DNA of 4,444 nt, taken from IMG/VR virus record IMGVR_UViG_2693429713_000003; one strand, written 5' to 3'. Under the pieces are notes generated by a model. That model did no database searches and was not told the DNA's origin. It was given only the letters and a program-made list of their open reading frames with translations. The position numbers and the translations under genes are program-made. Of this stretch, positions 1-4,444 are shown piece after piece. The stretch comes from a virus. Its lineage: Duplodnaviria; Heunggongvirae; Uroviricota; Caudoviricetes. Within the stretch, counting starts at the first letter, position 1. Each line of letters begins with the position of its first letter.

Positions 1-555
1 TTTCACCCGTCAGAATCTGGCGGGGATCCGTCAGTAAAATCAAAACATGATCCGTCAGATAAAAAAACTTCTCGTCCGGACGCTTCGCAACCGGACACGC
101 AGACGGATGAACAGGATTTTTTAACTCGCCATCCTGATGCGGTTGTATTCAGCCCTAAAAAGCGCCAGTGGGGGACGCAGGATGATTTGACCTGCGCACA
201 GTGGCTCTGGAAAAAAATCATCGCCCTGTACGAGCATGCCGCCGAATGTGACGGCGAGGTGGTTCGTCCCAAAGAACCGAACTGGACAGCCTGGGCAAAC
301 GAAATTCGCTTGATGTGTGTGCAGGATGGTCGTACTCACAAACAAATCTGCGAGATGTACAGCCGCGTCAGCCGCGATCCGTTCTGGTGCCGTAACGTGC
401 TCAGCCCGTCGAAGCTGCGGGAAAAATGGGATGAGCTTTCCCTGCGCTTATCGCCGTCCGTCAGCACGTACACCGAAAAACGCGAAGACCCGTACTTCAA
501 ATCCAGTTACGACAACGTGGACTACAGCCAGATCCCGGCAGGATTCAGGGGGTGA
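1..555 (+). CDS. Phage replication-associated protein, 3' portion with DnaT-like (primosomal protein I-like) C-terminal domain; 5' end is outside the window
   Basis: Frame 1 is open from nt 1 to the TGA at 553-555, so the ATG at 187 is probably internal. The C-terminal tail ...DYSQIPAGFRG matches my recollection of the E. coli DnaT C-terminus (...SQIPPGFRG), and an upstream W-x3-A-x2-IRL block also resembles DnaT. Residues encoded by nt 1-180 are a low-complexity charged linker (S/D/K/P/T-rich). Confidence 0.62.
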   Translation, partial: FHPSESGGDPSVKSKHDPSDKKTSRPDASQPDTQTDEQDFLTRHPDAVVFSPKKRQWGTQDDLTCAQWLWKKIIALYEHAAECDGEVVRPKEPNWTAWANEIRLMCVQDGRTHKQICEMYSRVSRDPFWCRNVLSPSKLREKWDELSLRLSPSVSTYTEKREDPYFKSSYDNVDYSQIPAGFRG

Positions 556-557
556 TC

Positions 558-1046
558 ATGAGTCTGTTAAATGACGTTCAGAAATTCATTGAAGCCCATC
601 CGGGCTGTACTTCCGGAGACATTACGGATGCTTTTGCAGGTTACTCACGGCAGCGCGTTCTGCAGTCAGCAAGCAAGTTACGTCAGAGTGGGCGTGTGGC
701 TCACCGTTGTGAAGGAGATACACGCAGACATTTCCCGCGCCTGACTGAGAGAGCGCAGGAGCCGGAACCACAACCAGTTCGTGAAACCAGACCTGTGCGC
801 AATTTCTATGTCGGCACTAACGATCCCCGGGTGATTTTGTGCCTGACCCGCCAGGCTGAAGAACTGGAGTCCAGGGGCTTATACCGTCGTGCTGCAACGG
901 TGTGGATGGCGGCATTCCGTGAAAGCCACTCCCAGCCAGAACGAAACAATTTTCTGGCGCGTCGTGAGCGGTGCTTACGGAAAAGCAGCAAGCGCGCTGC
1001 ATCGGGTGAAGAGTGGTATCTGTCAGGGAATTACGTGGAGGCTTAA
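558..1046 (+). CDS. PerC-like transcriptional regulator with an N-terminal extension
   Basis: ATG at 558 is preceded by AGGGGGTGA (546-554); the ORF track's GTG at 552 is less likely. The C-terminal half contains AEELESRGLYRRAATVWMAA, matching the PerC-family signature (AEELE-x-G-x-YRRAA-x2-W) as I recall it. The stop TAA 1044-1046 overlaps the next ATG (TAATG). Confidence 0.5.
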   Translation: MSLLNDVQKFIEAHPGCTSGDITDAFAGYSRQRVLQSASKLRQSGRVAHRCEGDTRRHFPRLTERAQEPEPQPVRETRPVRNFYVGTNDPRVILCLTRQAEELESRGLYRRAATVWMAAFRESHSQPERNNFLARRERCLRKSSKRAASGEEWYLSGNYVEA

Positions 1047-1699
1047 TGAGTAATAAATATTGCCAGGCGCTGGCGGAACTGCGGAACAAACCAGCCCATG
1101 AACTGAAGGAAGTGGGCGATCAGTGGCGCACGCCGGATAACATTTTCTGGGGAATTAACACCCTGTTTGGCCCGTTTGTTCTGGATCTGTTCACTGACGG
1201 TGATAACGCCAAATGTGCCGCGTATTACACGGCGGAAGACAACGCGCTGGCGCATGACTGGTCAGAACGTCTTGCGGAGCTTAAAGGTGCTGCCTTTGGT
1301 AATCCCCCATACAGCCGCGCCAGTCAGCATGAGGGGCAATACATCACAGGCATGCGTTACATCATGAAGCATGCCAGTGCCATGCGTGATAAAGGTGGGC
1401 GCTATGTTTTCCTGATCAAAGTTGCCACCAGCGAAGTGTGGTGGCCGGAAGATGCAGATCATATTGCTTTTATTCGCGGGCGTATTGGTTTTGAACTGCC
1501 TGCCTGGTTTATCCCGAAGGATGAGAAGCAGGTGCCGACAGGCGCTTTCTTCGCTGGTGCTATTGCTGTTTTCGACAAGACCTGGAAGGGACCGGCAATC
1601 AGCTACATCGGGCGCGATGAACTTGAGGCATGTGGTGAGGCCTTTCTGGCGCAGGTTCGCCAGCAGGCGGAAAAACTGGTCAGGGAGATGGCGGCATGA
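1046..1699 (+). CDS. Phage-type DNA N6-adenine methyltransferase (Dam-like, orphan)
   Basis: ATG at 1046 with GGAG at 1037-1040; the track's GTG at 1013 lacks a comparable RBS. Contains the catalytic motif IV NPPY (..AAFGNPPYSR..) typical of N6-adenine methyltransferases, and a WRTP...LDLFTD N-terminal block as in phage Dam-family enzymes. No adjacent restriction endonuclease gene. Confidence 0.8.
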   Translation: MSNKYCQALAELRNKPAHELKEVGDQWRTPDNIFWGINTLFGPFVLDLFTDGDNAKCAAYYTAEDNALAHDWSERLAELKGAAFGNPPYSRASQHEGQYITGMRYIMKHASAMRDKGGRYVFLIKVATSEVWWPEDADHIAFIRGRIGFELPAWFIPKDEKQVPTGAFFAGAIAVFDKTWKGPAISYIGRDELEACGEAFLAQVRQQAEKLVREMAA

Positions 1700-2022
1700 C
1701 GACGTTAACTCAATGCCAGCAGCAGGTGCTGGATATGCTGATTTCTTATCAGAAAGAACGTGGCTTCCCGCCAACCAATCAGGAGGTGGCAACCATGCTG
1801 GGATACCGTTCAGTGAATGCAGCGGTGGAGCATCTTCGCGCACTGGAGAAAAAAGGCGTCATCACGATAAAGCGTGGCGTGGCCCGGGGCATCACGCTTC
1901 ATACCGCGGTGAAGGATGACGACAGCGAGGCGGTCGGGATTATCCGCTCACTGCTTGCCGGTGAGGAAAACGCCAGGCTGCGTGCAACCCACTGGTTACA
2001 TGAGAGGGGGCTGAAAGTATGA
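1696..2022 (+). CDS. LexA N-terminal DNA-binding domain protein (winged HTH), lacking the S24 peptidase/autocleavage domain
   Basis: 108 aa. Residues 4-68 (LTQCQQQVLDMLISYQKERGFPPTNQEVATMLGYRSVNAAVEHLRALEKKGVITIKRGVARGITL) align closely with my recollection of E. coli LexA 4-68 ([65 protein letters not shown]). No Ala-Gly cleavage site or Ser/Lys peptidase region follows. ATGA overlap with the methyltransferase stop (1696-1699). Confidence 0.8.
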   Translation: MTTLTQCQQQVLDMLISYQKERGFPPTNQEVATMLGYRSVNAAVEHLRALEKKGVITIKRGVARGITLHTAVKDDDSEAVGIIRSLLAGEENARLRATHWLHERGLKV

Positions 2023-2408
2023 AGCTGATTCTGCCTTTTCCACCCAGCGTGAACACCTACTGGCGACACCCCAACAAAGGGGCATTTGCTGGTAAGAGCC
2101 TGATAAGTGCGGCGGGGCGAAAATTCCAGAGCGCGGCGTGCGCAGCAATAGTTGAGCAGTTACGTCGTCTGCCGAAACCAACGTCGGCACCTGCTTCAGT
2201 GGAGATTGTGTTGTTTCCTCCGGATAACCGGATCCGCGATCTGGACAACTATAACAAGGCACTGTTTGACGCCCTGACCCACGCGGGTGTGTGGGAAGAC
2301 GACAGCCAGGTGAAAAGAATGCTGGTGGAGTGGGGACCGGTTATCCCGGAAGGGAAGGTCGAGATCACTATCAGTAAGTACGAGAAACCGGCGGGTGCAG
2401 CCGCCTGA
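2019..2408 (+). CDS. rusA: Crossover junction endodeoxyribonuclease RusA (Holliday junction resolvase)
   Basis: 129 aa. LPFPPSVNTYWRH...RIRDLDNYNKALFDALTHAGVWEDDSQV... matches the RusA family pattern (LPWPPSxNxYYRH...RRRDLDNLxKAxxDALTKAGxWxDDxQV). ATGA overlap with the preceding stop (2019-2022). Confidence 0.88.
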   Translation: MKLILPFPPSVNTYWRHPNKGAFAGKSLISAAGRKFQSAACAAIVEQLRRLPKPTSAPASVEIVLFPPDNRIRDLDNYNKALFDALTHAGVWEDDSQVKRMLVEWGPVIPEGKVEITISKYEKPAGAAA

Positions 2409-2427
2409 TTAAGAGGAGAAACGAAGT

Positions 2428-3237
2428 ATGAATAATCTGATGGTCATTGATGGTATTGAAGTTCGTCGTGATGCTTATGGGCGTTACAGCCTGAACGATC
2501 TGCATCGCGCAGCAGTAGCATCTGGTGCAAATGCCAGAACCAAGGAGCCAGGAAAGTTTCTTTCCAGCCAACAAACTGTTGAACTCGTTCATGAATTGAC
2601 CAACACCCAGAATTTGGGTGTTGACCCGGTGAGTGTGATTCATGGGGGAAATGAACGGGGAACTTATGTCTGCAAGGAACTGGTGTATGCCTATGCAATG
2701 TGGATCAGCCCGTCATTCCATCTGAAGGTGATCCGTACTTTCGACATGGTAACCAGCGCACCGGAAAAATTATCCGGACAGGCTGCTGACAAGATGCAGG
2801 CTGGTGTGATTCTGCTGGACTTTATGCGTCGGGAGTTAAACCTGTCTAACTCATCTGTGCTTGGTGCCTGTCAGAAACTCCAGGAGGCTGTTGGCTTACC
2901 GAATCTGGCACCGCGCTATGCCATTGATGCTCCTGCTGATGCACTCGATGGCTCAAGCCGCCCTACGCTATCATTGAGTGCACTGCTGAAGCAGTATGGT
3001 ATCCGCCTTACGGCTAATCAGGCATATCACCAGATGGTGAAGCTGGGGATCGTCGAACAGCGCGAACGATACAGCCGTACCGCGATTAACAACATCAAAA
3101 AATTCTGGTCGCTGACAGCGAAAGGCTGCATGTTCGGCAAGAACATCACCAGTCCCGCAAATCCGCGCGAGACGCAGCCGCACTTTTTCGAATCCCGATT
3201 CCCTGAGCTGTTAAAGCTGCTCGATACCGTTCATTGA
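2428..3237 (+). CDS. KilA-N domain protein (Roi/antirepressor-like), possibly with a KilAC-like C-terminal region
   Basis: Strong RBS AAGAGGAG (2410-2417) before the ATG at 2428. The N-terminus MVIDGIEVRRDAYGRYSLNDLHRAA...VCKELVYAYAMWISPSFHLKVIRTFD fits the KilA-N consensus. The C-terminal ~130 aa are less certain; a KilAC/Ant-like resemblance is weak. Confidence 0.72.
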   Translation: MNNLMVIDGIEVRRDAYGRYSLNDLHRAAVASGANARTKEPGKFLSSQQTVELVHELTNTQNLGVDPVSVIHGGNERGTYVCKELVYAYAMWISPSFHLKVIRTFDMVTSAPEKLSGQAADKMQAGVILLDFMRRELNLSNSSVLGACQKLQEAVGLPNLAPRYAIDAPADALDGSSRPTLSLSALLKQYGIRLTANQAYHQMVKLGIVEQRERYSRTAINNIKKFWSLTAKGCMFGKNITSPANPRETQPHFFESRFPELLKLLDTVH

Positions 3238-3238
3238 G

Positions 3239-4234
3239 GTGACCGTGAGAGCACTACTGACCCCTGAAATTGCCCCGCGTATGGGGATCGTATTGTTCAG
3301 ACCAGGTTCAGAGCTGATGCCCCTGTTTATGCAGGGGCGTGTCCTGCTGGAGCCTGAGCCGGAGCATTATTCATCTTTCGCCAGTGGTGCCGTTCCCGCG
3401 GCATCACAACCGCTGGCGGATGATCCTGTCGTTCGGGCCGTGTTCCGTAATGAGGCAGTGATTCGTCGTGCTGGTGGGGTGGAATGTCTTGAAAGCTGGT
3501 TACTTCGTGAAAAAGGCTGCCAGTGGCCTCATTCCGACTGGCACAGCGAGAACATGACCACAATGCGACACGCGCCGGGCGCAATCCGTCTGTGCTGGCA
3601 CTGTGATAACCAGCTGCGCGATCAGTTCACGGAACGGCTGGAATCAATGGCAACGGATAACTGTGCCCGGTGGGTGTTATCTGTCGTGCGTCGGGATCTC
3701 GGTTTTAATGATAGTCACGTTGTGACAATGCCGGAACTGTGCTGGTGGCTGGTTCGTAATGACCTGGCGGATGCCTTACCGGAAAGTGCAGCCCGTAAGG
3801 CACTGAGATTACCGAAGCCTGTTGTGCCATCTGTCACCCGGGAAAGTGACCTTGTGCCTTCGGTTCCTGCCACCAGCATCATCCAGGATAAAGCGAAAAA
3901 GGTGCTGGCGCTGAAAGTGGATCCGGAGTCGCCGGAGTCTTTTATGTTACGCCCAAAACGTCGCCGCTGGGTTAATGAAAAGTACACGCGCTGGGTTAAG
4001 ACGCAGCCGTGCGCATGTTGTGGAAAGCCTGCTGATGATGCCCACCACCTGATAGGTCACGGTCAGGGTGGAATGGGTACAAAAGCGCATGACCTTTTTG
4101 TGTTGCCTTTGTGCAGAAAGCATCACGACGAGCTGCATGCGGATACCGTGGTATTTGAAGAGAAGTATGGCTCCCAGTTGGAGCTGATATTTCGTTTTAT
4201 TGATCGTGCGCTGGCAATTGGCGTGCTGGCGTAA
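3239..4234 (+). CDS. DUF968-like protein with C-terminal Cys/His (HNH-like zinc-binding) motif; putative nuclease
   Basis: 331-aa ORF. The C-terminus CACCGKPADDAHHLIGHGQGGMGTKAHDLFVLPLCRKHHDELH resembles the DUF968 signature found in lambdoid prophage Nin regions. A second CxxC (LCWHCDN) lies mid-protein. The start is uncertain: GTG 3239, GTG 3245 (after GAGGTGA) or ATG 3281. Confidence 0.6.
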   Translation: MTVRALLTPEIAPRMGIVLFRPGSELMPLFMQGRVLLEPEPEHYSSFASGAVPAASQPLADDPVVRAVFRNEAVIRRAGGVECLESWLLREKGCQWPHSDWHSENMTTMRHAPGAIRLCWHCDNQLRDQFTERLESMATDNCARWVLSVVRRDLGFNDSHVVTMPELCWWLVRNDLADALPESAARKALRLPKPVVPSVTRESDLVPSVPATSIIQDKAKKVLALKVDPESPESFMLRPKRRRWVNEKYTRWVKTQPCACCGKPADDAHHLIGHGQGGMGTKAHDLFVLPLCRKHHDELHADTVVFEEKYGSQLELIFRFIDRALAIGVLA

Positions 4235-4248
4235 GTGGAGAACTCTAA

Positions 4249-4383
4249 ATGATTAATCCTTCTGAAATTGGCAAAACGGGTGAAATGGTTCGTCTTCGTA
4301 CTCTGGAAAGTATCTGGGTTCAGGGGAAGCTCCGCATGTGGGGGCGTTGGTCTTATATCAGTGGAGGGACTAGCGGTAACTAG
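4249..4383 (+). pseudogene. N-terminal fragment of a putative Q-type late antiterminator, truncated after 44 codons by the IS2 insertion
   Basis: ATG at 4249 with GTGGAG 9 nt upstream. Encodes MINPSEIGKTGEMVRLRTLESIWVQGKLRMWGRWSYISGGTSGN; the L-x2-WG-x-W block resembles the N-terminus of 82/933W-type Q proteins as I recall them (..MVLERWGAWAA..). Its position after rusA/KilA-N/DUF968 is where Q normally sits. The terminating TAG (4381-4383) is the first triplet of the IS2 end. Confidence 0.4.
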
Positions 4384-4444
4384 ACTGGCCCCCTGAATCT
4401 CCAGACAACCAATATCACTTAAATAAGTGATAGTCTTAATACTA
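4381..4444 (+). mobile_element. IS2 (IS3 family) left terminus including the terminal inverted repeat; the element continues past the window end
   Basis: TAGACTGGCCCCCTGAATCTCCAGACAACCAATATCACTTAAATAAGTGATAGTCTTAATACTA matches the IS2 left end (IRL, upstream of orfA/insC) as I remember it. The abrupt change from a coding-like ORF to this sequence marks the junction at about 4380/4381. Confidence 0.82.
4414..4431. repeat. Perfect 18-bp palindrome ATCACTTAAATAAGTGAT inside the IS2 end
   Basis: Read directly: ATCACTTA-AA-TAAGTGAT, where the two 8-nt arms are exact reverse complements. It lies at the inner edge of the IS2 terminal repeat. Confidence 0.75.

Noticed and set aside
317-574. 85-aa plus-strand ORF in an alternative frame
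   Set aside because: It is embedded in the DnaT-like coding region and its Arg/Ser/Thr-rich composition is typical of an off-frame translation.
1262-1843. 193-aa ORF on the minus strand
   Set aside because: It lies entirely antisense to the methyltransferase and LexA-like genes, has no recognisable motif or RBS context, and its product is low-complexity; most likely a by-product of GC-rich codon usage on the coding strand.
1422-1919. 165-aa plus-strand ORF in an alternative frame
   Set aside because: It overlaps the methyltransferase and LexA-like genes out of frame and encodes an Arg/Ser/Gly-rich sequence with no domain signal; the in-frame genes have clear motifs.
2371-2698. Two minus-strand ORFs (90 aa and 84 aa) opposite the KilA-N gene
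   Set aside because: Both are antisense to a well-supported gene with a strong RBS; they have no start context or motifs of their own.
1-4444. LexA/SOS operator (CTGT-N8-ACAG) near the LexA-like gene
   Set aside because: I checked each CTGT I found by eye and none is followed by ACAG at the right spacing, so I do not report an SOS box here; a proper position-weight-matrix scan could still find a degenerate site.
4381-4444. Possibility that the terminal 64 bp are a phage attachment site or terminator hairpin rather than an insertion sequence
   Set aside because: The sequence matches the IS2 left end as I recall it over its whole length, including the palindrome, which is better explained as part of the IS terminus than as an independent regulatory hairpin.
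1-4444. CRISPR arrays, tRNA or rRNA genes, tandem repeats
   Set aside because: No direct-repeat/spacer periodicity, no cloverleaf-like candidates and no tandem repeats seen; the window is almost entirely protein-coding.

Overview
This window reads as the delayed-early replication/Nin-type region of a lambdoid prophage from an enterobacterial (E. coli-like) host, with every supported gene on the + strand and tightly packed. In order: the 3' part of a replication protein with a DnaT-like C-terminal domain; a PerC-like regulator; a phage-type N6-adenine methyltransferase (NPPY motif); a small protein that is essentially only the LexA N-terminal DNA-binding domain; the RusA Holliday-junction resolvase; a KilA-N domain protein; a DUF968-like Cys/His protein; and a short ORF that looks like the start of a Q-type late antiterminator. 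That last ORF ends at a TAG that is the first triplet of what I recognise as the left end of IS2, which runs off the window edge. The prophage is therefore probably defective for late gene expression. Five consecutive gene junctions have overlapping or near-overlapping stop and start codons, consistent with translational coupling. All family assignments come from motifs and remembered family sequences; no database search was possible. The most interesting candidate is the domain-minimal LexA-like gene nested between the methyltransferase and rusA; I see no clear multi-gene defence system.
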